NCBI GenBank assembly: GCA_963709405.1
Contig: CAVPXM010000063.1
Location: 160,001 to 224,000 of the forward strand
Source of the DNA: an uncultured Nitrososphaerales archaeon
Lineage (GTDB): Archaea > Thermoproteota > Nitrososphaeria > Nitrososphaerales > Nitrososphaeraceae
Direction of reading: 5' to 3'
DNA: 64,000 nt
Shown here: positions 20,943 to 32,262 of the stretch, one piece after another
How positions within the stretch are numbered: position 1 is the stretch's first letter
How the letters are laid out: the number at the start of each line of letters is the position of its first letter
The notes under the pieces: model-generated
What the model saw: the letters and a program-made list of their open reading frames with translations, nothing else
Told to the model about the DNA's origin: nothing
Databases searched by the model: none
Made by a program: the position numbers and the translations under genes

Positions 20943-21633
20943 TTACACTCTTACCAATGAAGCATCCGATATTTCAAATATCCCACTAAGGCGATCCCAA
21001 GAAATGGACCATTTTGTTATTTCAAGACGGTTGTTGTGATATAGAGGGCGAGCTAACCACTAAGGTTTCTGCCTCGCCACCTTCAAAGGAAATGTGAAAC
21101 CCATATTTTTTACTTAGCAACAATAATTGCTCTAGCGACTTGCTATCAATCGATTTACCTAGCCATTGCAAATCTAATCCCATTGCTGATACTCGAGTCA
21201 TGATAAATTCAAATCCATTCCTAATTAGTTCATGCATATATTCAATTGGTTCCCTATTCCATAAAGGCGCAATCATAGTAATACCGTGTTTCTGGCACAG
21301 ATTCTCAAATGCCTGCTTTTGAAACCTACTAGATATACCACCGTGTACTAACCCTTCTATTTTGTAGGCCTGCATAGCTTCTTTAATGGAGCTGTCCAGC
21401 TCCACTGACTCATCATGTACGGTCTGGCCTGTCGAGTCTCTGATGAGTAATGGGATTTCCATTGCCTGTGCAAGATACTTAGTTATCCATATATCTGGAA
21501 AGTGAAATAGCATACTCTCGTCAGACGTCGGCTTCATAGTTATGAGGCAGACCACTTCGTGTCCATTTTGTCTTGCAGAGTATATAGAATAAGTGCTATC
21601 CTTACCCCCAGAAAAAAGTGCTCCCAATTTCAT
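20943..21633 (-). CDS. dph6: Diphthine--ammonia ligase family ATP pyrophosphatase; frameshift near 21047
   Basis: LFSGGKDS PP-loop, APLW, FEGGEAETLV; removing one base extends the frame to SPLYHNNRLEITKWSISWDRLSGIFEI...VRV, stopping just before srp54. Confidence 0.88.
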
Positions 21634-21682
21634 TTTGGTTAATGATTTTCAATGATATTGTATATATGTCATATTACATCAC

Positions 21683-22689
21683 GGCTATGTAGAAAACATC
21701 GCATTAATGAGAACGCCAGTTAGCCTATGCTCGATATGCGGTATGCATTTGAAGGATAAATCTCTTTTGGATTCTTATTGACCTTGATGTAATATTTTCT
21801 AGAAATAGCCTTTTTATGACTGATATTCTAGTCAATCCTTATTGTTTCGTTGATTTTACAACAATTTGGAATAGTCGCGGTTCATGTGTTTGCTTCCTAT
21901 ATATAGTTACCATGTGCCCTCCATTTCTGCACCTGTCCCCTATCTTGCAGATGTCACACTTAATGCGTGTATGTAGCCTTTCTCTTGCCAAGACAAGAGA
22001 TGGTTCTCTTCATCACTATAGTAACCTTTGTCACATGTAAACCACAGACAATGGCGGGGTTTCAAACGTCCTTGTTCCTATAATAGATTTAAAGTCCACG
22101 TCAACATGTCTTGTTGGAGCTCGTCTTATCTTTATACTCGCAGATTATCTGTTGGAGTAAATTAGGCAGCTATCGTTAATTAATTTTGAATATTTCCTTC
22201 TTCTCAATTTAGCTCTTTCTGTGTAGTATGGTGGTGATGCAAGTGTAACCTTGAATTCAGTCGAATCTATATATACCTGCAAAAATGTGTCTGGTACTTG
22301 TAAGTCTGATGAATGAACAAATTATCTTTATAAGGAGTGTACTATTGATTCTATTTGCAAGCTATTGCAGTGTAGTAAAATGAAGTATACGCACCAATTG
22401 TACGAACAGCCTAAAATAATAGGCTTCAACTAACCAGTCGTTTTACGAACGTGGTAAATCTTACCGTCGTGCTCGCCGTACAGTAAGCAAGACCGTATGC
22501 TGCTCCCATACATTTAAAACATGGTTGTTCTTTTGATGAAGAAACAGTTGCATTCTTAAATTTCTCAAAACACGATATTTCGTATATACTACTCTAACAT
22601 ACCTACTCTATATTTTCTGAATATCCATTGTCCATTATGCTTCTAGAAAGCTTTGATGGAATCTATCCAAAGCATGCTTCTTACAAGCC
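21683..22689 (-). mobile_element. Decayed IS5-superfamily (DDE_Tnp_1-like) insertion sequence; transposase pseudogene about 21710-22635
   Basis: Minus-strand fragments in order across frames: LFLHQKNNHV..WEQH, DWLVEAYYFRLF..HFTTLQ, IDSTEFK...YYTERAKLRR, KIRRAPTRH, DKGYYSDEENH, YSKLL*NQRN, SVIKRLF. Terminal GGCTATGTAGAAA at 21683 with a weak inverted copy near 22678-22689. Confidence 0.85.
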
Positions 22690-23402
22690 TACATTACGAA
22701 TCATAAACAAGTTAGACGGATCGTCCGAGGAAATTTTAAGAATGCGTACCATCAATGGAACTAAAATATTGCTTGAATAGTGATTCGACTGAAAGTAGCA
22801 AGGTGGTCGTGTATGAACAGAAATCACATCACAGTTGCTGAATGGAAGTATTGGCCAATAACCACATTATTTTTGTAGTGGGCTAATCGCACCAAGATTA
22901 TAAACATATAGGGAATTGTATGTTAATCATAGTAGACCTTCCAGCACCAATGCTCGTTTTTTGCAATTCTCTTGCATAAATATTTTGACATACGTACACA
23001 TGGAAACACGAAGTAAATTATTGGATAGGTGAACGGTATTGATTCGAAGTATTAGATCAAATGAATCTCATGAAGAAATTAAACCTGAAAATCCTAATAG
23101 CAAACCCATTAGCGACGCAATAGCATTTTCTATCATGCTTACTTATAGGATGCCTCAGGGACTCATAATCTTCCTCATATTCATAATGAACACTTAATTT
23201 TCAGTCGGCTCTTCCTATACTTCATCAGCACCCAGAATTGGGTAATAACCTACTCTTATATAGAGTACTGCGAAAATCCTGCGCTGTGTCTTGGTGCTAT
23301 CATGACGCAATTCCTTTTTGAACCGATAGAGATGGATTGATCCCGTAAATGAGTAAGATCGCAATGCTTTAAATTGTACTAGTATGAGCTCATTTTAGAT
23401 CT

Positions 23403-23488
23403 GGTAGGGTGGCAGAGCGGCTATGCGTTCGCCTGCAGATATATTGTCAGATAGCGAATCAATAAGGGTTCGAATCCCTTCCCTACCT
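23403..23488 (+). tRNA. tRNA-Cys(GCA) with 14-nt canonical 37/38 intron (23439-23452)
   Basis: Acceptor GGTAGGG/CCCTACC, anticodon stem TTCGC/GCGAA around CT-GCA-G..A, T arm AAGGG-TTCGAAT-CCCTT, U73 discriminator. Confidence 0.94.
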
Positions 23489-23882
23489 TACGAATCAAAG
23501 TATTTCTTAACTGGACAGCAAATGATATGCTTGACCTTTGCGTTATTGCAGTATTCATATGCGGCTGAAAAAGTGGTGTTTTGAGCAAATATATATTTCA
23601 GTAATGAAAGACGGAATTCATGAATACACTTGCTTTACTTGCACTTCTCATCCTTCCTCCCGGAACAGTGAAAAATGAGGGCGTATTCTTCGGGCTGCTA
23701 TTTGTTCTAATAGCTCTAGTCATTTTGGCAATAGTTTTGCGCAAAAGACGGCTCCAGAACTCAGATCATACTGATGATGGATGCGGTTAGGCAACTCGAG
23801 GGGCATTAATATAATATTAAGGATATGTGATACTTGGTAGATCTTGTTCAGTTTATAAAATCCCTCACCATTTCTGATCTGT

Positions 23883-24248
23883 ATGCTCCATAGAATTTGT
23901 AATAATAATACTGATATCACCGAAGGTAAAATGTCGGTCTTCTCAGTAGCAGGAAGCGATATTTTAGTAGGAAGAAAGAATGAAAAATTGTTTGCGTGCA
24001 ATAATTCCTGTCCTCATAGAGGAGCATCATTATCGAAAGGTCAACTTGACGGAGAGAATATAATTTGTTATATGCACGGTTATGAATATAATATTTTCGA
24101 CGGAAGCCTAATTACGATGAAATCTTGGAAAAAGGAATCATCGTGGATTGAACAAAACCCTGAATGGCGAAAGTCGGACCAATTGGTACTGTACAATATT
24201 TTAGAAAATAATGAAGGCATATTCATCGAGATTCCTGAAAAGGTTTAG
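23883..24248 (+). CDS. Rieske 2Fe-2S ferredoxin
   Basis: CPHRG and CYMHG Rieske ligand motifs. Confidence 0.92.
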   Translation: MLHRICNNNTDITEGKMSVFSVAGSDILVGRKNEKLFACNNSCPHRGASLSKGQLDGENIICYMHGYEYNIFDGSLITMKSWKKESSWIEQNPEWRKSDQLVLYNILENNEGIFIEIPEKV

Positions 24249-24483
24249 ATGAAGTAGTAGAATACACCGTTACTCTATTTACTCTATTTCGCTACTGACC
24301 ATAATAATTCAACTTTGATTGCTCTATCGACTTCAGTCACATTAGCCACATTATGGAGTCACTTTGAGAAAAATCTGATATTTCAGGTACCCTTCATAAG
24401 AATAACTGCGTAAATTTTACTTAACGAATTATATGAGAACATTCTAAAAAACGCATAATACAGAACTGACCCTAGGGACTATC

Positions 24484-25200
24484 ATGAATTTAAAGTCGTT
24501 TCTTTATTTAGTATCCATTATACTTATTGTTTTTATCCTTGGGAATCACATAGCACGTAATTCCCTAGTCATTGGGAAATTGGGAAGCTTCGGTCTGTAC
24601 GGACTTGACGATACTAGTAATAACACGAAAGCTATCGGAATATGTTGTTCTTGGAATAAAAATCTCGCTAGTGGAAATCTTAGCTATTCAATAATCAATG
24701 TTAACAAAAGTTTCAAACAAGCGATCGAAGAGGGCTTAAAAGAATGGTCCAAGACGAATACGATTAGATTTGTTGAAGTACCAGATTCCGATACCACGGA
24801 TATCAGAATAAGATATATACCCAAGGAAAGTGCTAATTCTTTGCAAAACGTTTCTAACAATGGGATGATTACGCAAGGCGGCCTGATGGTCGGAAAAACT
24901 ATTGATACCTTTGATAATAACGGCTATATTGCTCGTGCTAATGTGGTAATATACGGCAGTGCCTTTGGAGATTTGCTAGATTTTCAAACATTACGAAATG
25001 TTGCTGCTCATGAAATGGGTCATGCCTTGGGACTAGGACACGCTAGTTTTAACAGTGATCTCATGTTTAACAAGGTCAGCTATGACAAGGAGTTTGTATC
25101 CCAATGCGATATTAACGGAGTGTTAAAGGCAAATCAATGGAAAGTTAGCTATCCCGTAAGTGACCCTAACAAGCAGATCCCTCACACGTTTACTTGTTAA
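24484..25200 (+). CDS. Secreted matrixin-like (metzincin) metalloprotease
   Basis: N-terminal hydrophobic helix; HEMGHALGLGH followed by Met-turn DLM. Confidence 0.9.
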   Translation: MNLKSFLYLVSIILIVFILGNHIARNSLVIGKLGSFGLYGLDDTSNNTKAIGICCSWNKNLASGNLSYSIINVNKSFKQAIEEGLKEWSKTNTIRFVEVPDSDTTDIRIRYIPKESANSLQNVSNNGMITQGGLMVGKTIDTFDNNGYIARANVVIYGSAFGDLLDFQTLRNVAAHEMGHALGLGHASFNSDLMFNKVSYDKEFVSQCDINGVLKANQWKVSYPVSDPNKQIPHTFTC

Positions 25201-25427
25201 AGAGTATTAATACAACGCATAAGCACAACAGGAATTATCTTCCATTTGCTCGCTTGGTGATGATATACGATTTTATGACGGCGTAAGTGAGAACCCACCA
25301 ACTCATAATTCGCTATCAATCACCTCAAAGACATCGAGTAGTAGAAAACCAGAGGTAGAACCTATGTTGGAGGAGACTATTTAGCTAGCCTTTACCTTTC
25401 TTATCTAGACTTCGTTGAGATCCATAT

Positions 25428-26087
25428 TTAATATACAGCCCCCACAGCATTCTTTACTTCTCGAGATAGTTCACGATATCCATTTTTATCGATTATGACC
25501 ACGTTAATGCTATCACCAGTTCCTGCATTTCTTCGGATTGCAACTGCTATTGCCTGAAGCGCAATCTTATATGCATCATCCACTTTCAGGTTTTCCTTAA
25601 ATTCTGATTCGAGATAACCGTAAGCGACTGGAGAGCCACTCCCAGTGGATATGAATTTCTCAGTTGTCATTGAGCCAAATAGATCGATATTATATATTTG
25701 TCCGTGTTCCTGATCATTGTATCCAGCCATTATGAGTTGAACGTAATAAGGGTAATAACGCTGATTGAACAGGATGTTAGAACATAATCGAGCTGCAGAT
25801 TTTATTGGCATCAATTTTCGATTTGAAATTCTGTAGATATTCGCGTTATAGCGCATGATATCTACAAGGTTCTGTGCGTCGGCTACTCCGCCTGCAATGG
25901 TCATTCCAAGATGGCGATCAACCTTTTGAATCTTCATTACGTGCTTATCCGCGATAAAAAATCCTGCACTTGCTCGAGTGTCAGCTGCCATAACTACGCC
26001 GTCTACGCACGTCAAAGCACAAGTAGTAGTGCCCTTTTTAATCTGTTCTGCTATTTGATCAGCATACCTGGTGTCTTGTAGGTGCAT
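25428..26087 (-). CDS. psmB: Proteasome subunit beta
   Basis: Propeptide then G|TTT, AADTRAS, STGSGS. Confidence 0.96.
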   Translation of the reverse strand: MHLQDTRYADQIAEQIKKGTTTCALTCVDGVVMAADTRASAGFFIADKHVMKIQKVDRHLGMTIAGGVADAQNLVDIMRYNANIYRISNRKLMPIKSAARLCSNILFNQRYYPYYVQLIMAGYNDQEHGQIYNIDLFGSMTTEKFISTGSGSPVAYGYLESEFKENLKVDDAYKIALQAIAVAIRRNAGTGDSINVVIIDKNGYRELSREVKNAVGAVY

Positions 26088-26746
26088 ATACTATCCCTAC
26101 CTGATCAATACTAAATTTAAGCATTCTCAATCAAGATGATCCTTTGCTACGTTGGCGCAGGTACCGCAGAGTCAAGCTCCGTCTGAACATCCACTTTTCA
26201 TTTGGTGATTAATTTTTCATCGAGGATATTCGTCGGTGAAATTATAAATTCAATATGTTAATTCGTAAAAGTTTGGAGACCGTCTGTCATCGATGAAACT
26301 ATCCTCGAACAGTTCAGATTGTAAATGGGTAGTAGTATTTATGATTACTGTACTGATTGTATAACTTGTGAGAATAGCCTGACACGAGATTCTTTGCGAA
26401 ACTTCAGTATGATCTAGTGTTGGCAAGGGTTGAAATACCGACACCGACTATGGTTCCCTGCTCACGTCAAGAATATGGAAGTGTTAGTATAAGTCGCATC
26501 GAGCTCATGGTGATGTAAGGTAACACCAAATCCCCTAGGTACCGTGCGGTCATCAAGAATGTCAACCTATCAACACACATAAGCTCAAAAATACTTTGCA
26601 CATCAAGAAATAGTACTACTCTTTTGATCGATAATAATGTGATATTTCATAATTGTTTCATAATATACAAAATGTAAGCAAATAATTTAACATGAATGAA
26701 TACCAAGTCTAAACGACGCTAATTCTAGTCAATAGATATATTTCAG

Positions 26747-28198
26747 ATGACATCATATTATTCGTTAGACTTGCAGTGGACATTATTTGACAAAATCTGG
26801 GATGATCATGTCGTCTATCAACGATCCGGCAAACGCGAGGAGCAGTCAGAGCTTCTATATATAGATCGTCATTTAATACACGAGGTTACATCACCTCAAG
26901 CCTTCGAAGGCCTGAGAATCAGCAACAGAACAGTAAGGCGCCCAAACCTAACGTTTGCTACCATGGATCACAATGTACCCACTAGTGATAGGTCACTTCC
27001 GTTAGTAGACAACACTTCAGCGATGCAAATGCAGGCTCTGGTACAGAATTGCAAGGAATTTGGTATTAAATTGTTTGATATGAATAGTCCTAATCAAGGT
27101 ATCGTACATGTTATCGGACCAGAACTAGGCCTAACATTACCCGGGACGATCATCGTATGTGGTGATAGTCATACTTCAACGCATGGCGCGTTCGGAGCTC
27201 TGGCGTTTGGTATAGGTACCAGCGATGTAGAACATGTTTTGGCTACTCAGTGTCTGTGGATGCAGAGACCCGAAAATTTTGAGATAAGCATTACAGGAAG
27301 ATTTAACCACGCCCATGCTCTAACAGCTAAGGATATTATATTAAATGTTATTCGAAGAATAGGTACGGCTGGTGGAACTGGGACTGTTATTGAATATCGT
27401 GGGGAAGTGTTGTCACGATTTTCTATGGCACAAAGATTGACAGTTTGTAACATGTCAATCGAATGTGGCGCAAGGGCGGGCCTCATTGCACCAGATGATA
27501 CCACATTCGAATACATTCGAGGTAGGCGCTTTGCACCAAAAGATGGACAGCTAGATGACCTTATCAATATTTGGCGAAGCAATCTGAGATCAGATAACAA
27601 TGCTAAATTTGAACGATCGTTCTCTATAAACGTGAGTAATTTGGCTCCTCAGATAACATGGGGGACCAGTCCATCCATGGTTATTGATATCACCGATAAT
27701 ATCCCTCATCCTGATGAATTCTCAAATGGTAACGAAAATTTAAAGAAGGCTGCTCTTCGAGCTCTTGATTATATGGACTTGAGGCCAGGAGATCATATCA
27801 CAGATATCAGTGTTGACCGAGTATTCATTGGATCATGCACCAATTCTAGATTGGAGGATCTGCTTGAAGCATCAATTGTAGTAAAGGGAAGATCTGTGGC
27901 TCCAAACGTAAGAGCAATGGTTGTGCCAGGCTCTCAAATGGTAAAATTACAGGCGGAAAAAATTGGGCTAGATAAGATCTTCAAAACCGCTGGCTTTGAG
28001 TGGCGAGAATCTGGCTGTAGTATGTGCCTTGGAATGAACCCGGACGTCCTTTCTCCGGGTGAAAGGTGTGCAAGTACTTCGAACAGAAACTTTGAAGGAA
28101 GGCAAGGAGCCGGAGGGAGAACCCACTTAATGAGTCCCATAATGGCTGCGGCCGTTGCGATCAAAGGCAGGTTTACCGATGTCAGAGAAATGGTTTGA
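26747..28198 (+). CDS. leuC: 3-isopropylmalate dehydratase large subunit
   Basis: [52 protein letters not shown]. Confidence 0.97.
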   Translation: MTSYYSLDLQWTLFDKIWDDHVVYQRSGKREEQSELLYIDRHLIHEVTSPQAFEGLRISNRTVRRPNLTFATMDHNVPTSDRSLPLVDNTSAMQMQALVQNCKEFGIKLFDMNSPNQGIVHVIGPELGLTLPGTIIVCGDSHTSTHGAFGALAFGIGTSDVEHVLATQCLWMQRPENFEISITGRFNHAHALTAKDIILNVIRRIGTAGGTGTVIEYRGEVLSRFSMAQRLTVCNMSIECGARAGLIAPDDTTFEYIRGRRFAPKDGQLDDLINIWRSNLRSDNNAKFERSFSINVSNLAPQITWGTSPSMVIDITDNIPHPDEFSNGNENLKKAALRALDYMDLRPGDHITDISVDRVFIGSCTNSRLEDLLEASIVVKGRSVAPNVRAMVVPGSQMVKLQAEKIGLDKIFKTAGFEWRESGCSMCLGMNPDVLSPGERCASTSNRNFEGRQGAGGRTHLMSPIMAAAVAIKGRFTDVREMV

Positions 28199-28238
28199 AC
28201 GTATGATTATAAAGGTATGTCATAGATAATTAGACTAA

Positions 28239-28826
28239 ATGAAGCAGTTCGAAGCATTCCCCAGTCGAGCAATTCCAATAGATTTAATCAATATCGATAC
28301 TGATCAAATAATCCCCAAGCAGTTCCTTAAATTAGTTCAGAAGACAGGTTATGATAAGTACCTCTTTTACGATTGGCGATTTGATAAGGATGGAAAACCT
28401 AGAGACGGTTTTGTACTGAACGATCCTAAATATCGTGGCAGATCGATCCTATTAGTTCGAGATAACTTTGGAAGCGGCAGTTCAAGAGAGCATGCGGTTT
28501 GGGCACTAAGGGATTTCGGGATCAAGGTCATATTAGCCCCATCGTTTGCCGATATCTTCCATAACAATTGCTTTAAGAACGGAGTCCTACCGATTATCCT
28601 GAAACAGGATGCTATTGAATATTTGTTTAAAGGCGCTGAAACCACAGAAATTAACGTTGACTTGGCAAACCAATGCGTAGTATTTGATACCTATAGCTTA
28701 CATTTTGATATAACGAAATCTAACAAAAGGATACTACTTGAAGGACTGGACGAGATTGGTATGACTCTTCAGCTCGAATCGTACATTTCAAATTTTGAAA
28801 AGAGGAAAACTACCTATGTTCTCTGA
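28239..28826 (+). CDS. leuD: 3-isopropylmalate dehydratase small subunit
   Basis: NIDTDQIIPKQFL, NFGSGSSREHA, SFADIF, GLDEIG. Confidence 0.97.
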   Translation: MKQFEAFPSRAIPIDLINIDTDQIIPKQFLKLVQKTGYDKYLFYDWRFDKDGKPRDGFVLNDPKYRGRSILLVRDNFGSGSSREHAVWALRDFGIKVILAPSFADIFHNNCFKNGVLPIILKQDAIEYLFKGAETTEINVDLANQCVVFDTYSLHFDITKSNKRILLEGLDEIGMTLQLESYISNFEKRKTTYVL

Positions 28827-29207
28827 ATAAGGTGTCTCACCCTCGCCCACGGTCTATGCTTGATAACCCTGCCAGACGCTTATTAAGACTAGTTTGTGTC
28901 AAGTTTTCCCATAAGATACATCACGCTGGTTGATGTCTCTATATATATAGTAACTCGTGGTTCGTTTGCCGTGTTTTTAATTGGGCAAGGTCAACATAGG
29001 CGGCGCAGAATCCGTTGTGGCTTGAGCTTTGAAATCCGTTGCTCAGCCATTGTAATGCTACTAATTTCCACATCCGAAACGAAAACCTGAGAGATAGAAT
29101 ATCTGCTCAATTCCTAATAACCACCAATTTAGGCTGTTAGACTGATAGGCACATGTGCTAACGTTCCAAATTACATCAATCAAGCATTGATTAGTGGTTA
29201 TTAGTGG

Positions 29208-29423
29208 TTATTGCTTTTGCTTGTCCTTTTTCGAGGTTTGCCACCAGTCTAGGTAGTCATCACGTGAGAGGCGTCTTCTATCGTCCATTTCGCCTTCTTT
29301 CTTATCTCTCAATTCGTCGAATTTTTCTCTTGAAGCAAACAAACCACAACTCTTACATATAAAATTTTTGCTAACAGCATCAAATTTTAATTCACCACCG
29401 CATTCAGGGCAGAAACTGGCCAA
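29208..29423 (-). CDS. Small zinc-ribbon protein
   Basis: CPECGG...CKSCG followed by a charged helix and YLDWW. Confidence 0.8.
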   Translation of the reverse strand: MASFCPECGGELKFDAVSKNFICKSCGLFASREKFDELRDKKEGEMDDRRRLSRDDYLDWWQTSKKDKQKQ

Positions 29424-29699
29424 ATAGTATAAATTCTATCTGACCTAATAAAAGTATTTAGAAGGCAAATGACGTACGATCCGTACAAGAAACTCACAAA
29501 GAGAACCTAACAGCACACCAGTAGGGAACCTCTGTAGTGAATTGAACGCATATCAGTAGTGTTGCAAGTGCAGCATGATAGTCCTTGTTCGACATTTTTG
29601 ATGTAACCTTTTTAGATGAACTTGGTGCATGGACTTTAATCCTCATTCCCGGTAGTGGTCAGTTCGCCCATCTAATGCCATGCACCTAGCAATGATCAT

Positions 29700-30116
29700 T
29701 CATATGCTGCTTATTTTTTTTACGAATAGAGTCCCACTATTAGCATCTACGAATATTCTTTCTTTAGAATCAACCAAAGGTGACATAGCTTCATCGAGTA
29801 GGTTTACCAGTGGTATATTGGAGATCGCACAGCCTGATGCAGTAATAATATCAACCTTCCCCGTGCAAACCATAGCTACAGGTGCTGCGTTCAAGCATCT
29901 CAGTGCGTATATAATGTAAGCGCCTACACTGCTGCCTATAGCATTGGGAAAAACTAATACAGTACCCTTTACAGAGCTCCCAAATAATTCATGATTTTGA
30001 TCTGTGATACTTCCGTTCTCGGGGTTGAGCATCGTAAGGAAGTTGATTGGTTGGATGGTAGTGAGGGCATCTCCGATTGCTTGGCCACCAACGATTCTAT
30101 GACATTTGACTATCAA
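29700..30116 (-). CDS. Aconitase X swivel subunit (DUF126; phosphomevalonate dehydratase small subunit-like)
   Basis: INFL...G.I...H.L.G.SV.G.VLVFP..GSSVG motif; directly downstream of the large subunit. Confidence 0.88.
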   Translation of the reverse strand: MIVKCHRIVGGQAIGDALTTIQPINFLTMLNPENGSITDQNHELFGSSVKGTVLVFPNAIGSSVGAYIIYALRCLNAAPVAMVCTGKVDIITASGCAISNIPLVNLLDEAMSPLVDSKERIFVDANSGTLFVKKISSI

Positions 30117-30119
30117 TTA

Positions 30120-31322
30120 TTAGGTCATATACTCCTTAGTTATGGAATAAGAGTCTTGCAAGGCTACGCCCAAATTGTTTGCATTTTTCATATAGTACGC
30201 TCCTTTGACGCTATTTGTGACTACAGAATCAGCATTTTCTTTGGTCACCAACGGCGTCAGGCATATGCAACAATCGCACATGAATTTAGCCCCGGTACTC
30301 TCCAGCTGATCAACTATCCCATTAGCTTTTGCTTGGTTACGAAGTTCTCTAGGACAAAATATAATACAAGGCTTGGTAAATTTCTTTCCTTCAGTATTCC
30401 TTGCAAGTAACTCCAGTTCGTCTAGGCCTAGCTGCGGGCTCCCATAGAGAACAATATCACCTTTTTCGGCAGTATTAAGCTCATCTCTAATCGAGTTAGC
30501 TTCACTCTTACCAAATGATATTGAATCTCCCATAGATTGCTTATTCAGAACAAACATTCCTATATCACCGGTTGTTCCTATTCCTGCCGATAGGGCTTTT
30601 GCCTCTCCTACAGTTTTAATATTTACCCCTTGAATGCCAACACTACTGCCCCTGATTTCTTTACCAGCAAAATACCCTAGTAGTCCAAAATCTAATTCTG
30701 TCTTCATATCGAATGAAGATCTGATTATATGCTTCGGTATTCTTGGCTCCTTAATCCTTAGTTCCGATAGCGGTGCTTTCCCGGTTATCGCACTAGCCAG
30801 GGCACTTAATGCACTCTCTTTGTTGGTCAATAATCCAGAGATAGAATTTACGAAAACCGCTGCATTGGTTTCAGCAAAGCTAACAATACTATCGTGTTTT
30901 GGAAGTTGATATACTTCATACGGGATACAAGTGTATGACTCAATCGCACCCATTTCCTTGTAAGACTCTACTATACTCATCTGCTTACTGACAAATTCTT
31001 GCGAGATGCCTGATGGCTTTTCTCGATCAAAACCCATTGGATTTATTGTCGTTCTGACCCTAACCTTAGCGTCGAGACTGAATTTCTCCAAAAACTTCCT
31101 CCCTGCTTCGCCGATCGTATTATAATTAACCCCAGAAACATGAGCCCATTGTACAGGGACCAGCTTGCTAGCGTCTGTAGCTTCGCCAACCGCAGCTAGT
31201 ATTCTATATGCAGAAGAAAGTGCCTCACCCTCGGAACCATCAAGTAGTTTTTCTTCCTCCCTGGTTAGATCCATAAAATAGGATTTGGAGAATCGATATA
31301 AGAATTGTTCATAGATAGCCAA
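30120..31322 (-). CDS. Aconitase X catalytic subunit (DUF521; phosphomevalonate dehydratase large subunit-like); probable start ATG 31274
   Basis: AHVSGVNYNTIG, YTCIPY, ETNAAVFVNS, DCC, TNSVKGAYY. Confidence 0.9.
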   Translation of the reverse strand: MAIYEQFLYRFSKSYFMDLTREEEKLLDGSEGEALSSAYRILAAVGEATDASKLVPVQWAHVSGVNYNTIGEAGRKFLEKFSLDAKVRVRTTINPMGFDREKPSGISQEFVSKQMSIVESYKEMGAIESYTCIPYEVYQLPKHDSIVSFAETNAAVFVNSISGLLTNKESALSALASAITGKAPLSELRIKEPRIPKHIIRSSFDMKTELDFGLLGYFAGKEIRGSSVGIQGVNIKTVGEAKALSAGIGTTGDIGMFVLNKQSMGDSISFGKSEANSIRDELNTAEKGDIVLYGSPQLGLDELELLARNTEGKKFTKPCIIFCPRELRNQAKANGIVDQLESTGAKFMCDCCICLTPLVTKENADSVVTNSVKGAYYMKNANNLGVALQDSYSITKEYMT

Positions 31323-31837
31323 GTTTAATATTACTTCTCAAATTCATCGATGATCAGTCATTTCATGATAGGAGACTTATGCCATACTATTTTGTTACAT
31401 GTTCAATACACAAATATGTTGTTCAGCCGTAGTATCACAGCTGAAATTTCCGCATTAAAAGTATACATTGAGATATAGTCAATTTGGTTTCTTCCATTAT
31501 TTATGCTTCATCAGCGATGGCACGAATACCTTGACGAATTAATGTTGCTCTGTCGAAAGAAGGTTTCATAAGAAAAAGTAGATATTCTGACCGGCTTTTC
31601 CTAACATCTCCGTGAAATATCATATAGTCAGTATATCTATAGGTAGTAAGTATCTCATTTTAACTTAGACTTAGCCCCGGATTCGTTTATGGAACAATTT
31701 ATCCAATGCGCCCAAAAAATACCGAAATTCCATTTCAACTATCGAATATCTCTTTGTTTACCTCAAGGATTGTATGTGATATCTTGTAATACCTGTCTTA
31801 GTACCCCTCTGGATTAGGAAGGCAGCAACAGAGCGGA

Positions 31838-32176
31838 TCACGTGGGTATTTTCTTGAGCTCAATAATCAAGTTCTCACCGACTTGCGGTCTACCAATCTT
31901 CAGATATCTCGTCTTAGGCATAGTTATCTGAATGGCGGTTTGAGCGTACGTGTTTATAACTGTCTGTGGTTGGGATTTAAGAATAGCCTCCAAAAAAGGT
32001 TTTATCTGTTCCTTTACATCCTTATCCGTCACAACGTTATCAATAGCATCTAACATTAGCTGCTGCTGGGTAAGTGGTTCGAGCTCCACATCTTCTACAA
32101 GGTTTATTGTAACATTCACACCTGTATCTGTCAACATGTTGACTTTGTACTGTATCGCAGTCTCCTTTTCGTTCAT
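31838..32176 (-). CDS. Conserved protein, probable arcadin-1 family
   Basis: Beta-rich ends with IQITMPKTRYLKIGRPQVGE, recalled as the arcadin-1 pattern in AOA; not verified by search. Confidence 0.6.
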   Translation of the reverse strand: MNEKETAIQYKVNMLTDTGVNVTINLVEDVELEPLTQQQLMLDAIDNVVTDKDVKEQIKPFLEAILKSQPQTVINTYAQTAIQITMPKTRYLKIGRPQVGENLIIELKKIPT

Positions 32177-32262
32177 TGGTAGTCATATTTTCCTCCGTGC
32201 TTTATCTCTTTACGTATGCATAATTAGAGTCAAAAATCGATTGATTGTGGAAAAAATATATC

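Noticed and set aside
21816-22040. 74-aa plus-strand ORF
   Set aside because: Antisense to the decayed transposase.
23403-25400. Integrated element at tRNA-Cys
   Set aside because: No integrase and no duplicated tRNA 3' end (att site) was seen.
26100-26740. Leader peptide, attenuator or IS6 remnant upstream of leuC (includes a VIDETIL fragment and a 30-aa Cys-containing mini-ORF)
   Set aside because: No Leu-rich peptide, no convincing structure, and too little similarity to call a transposase.
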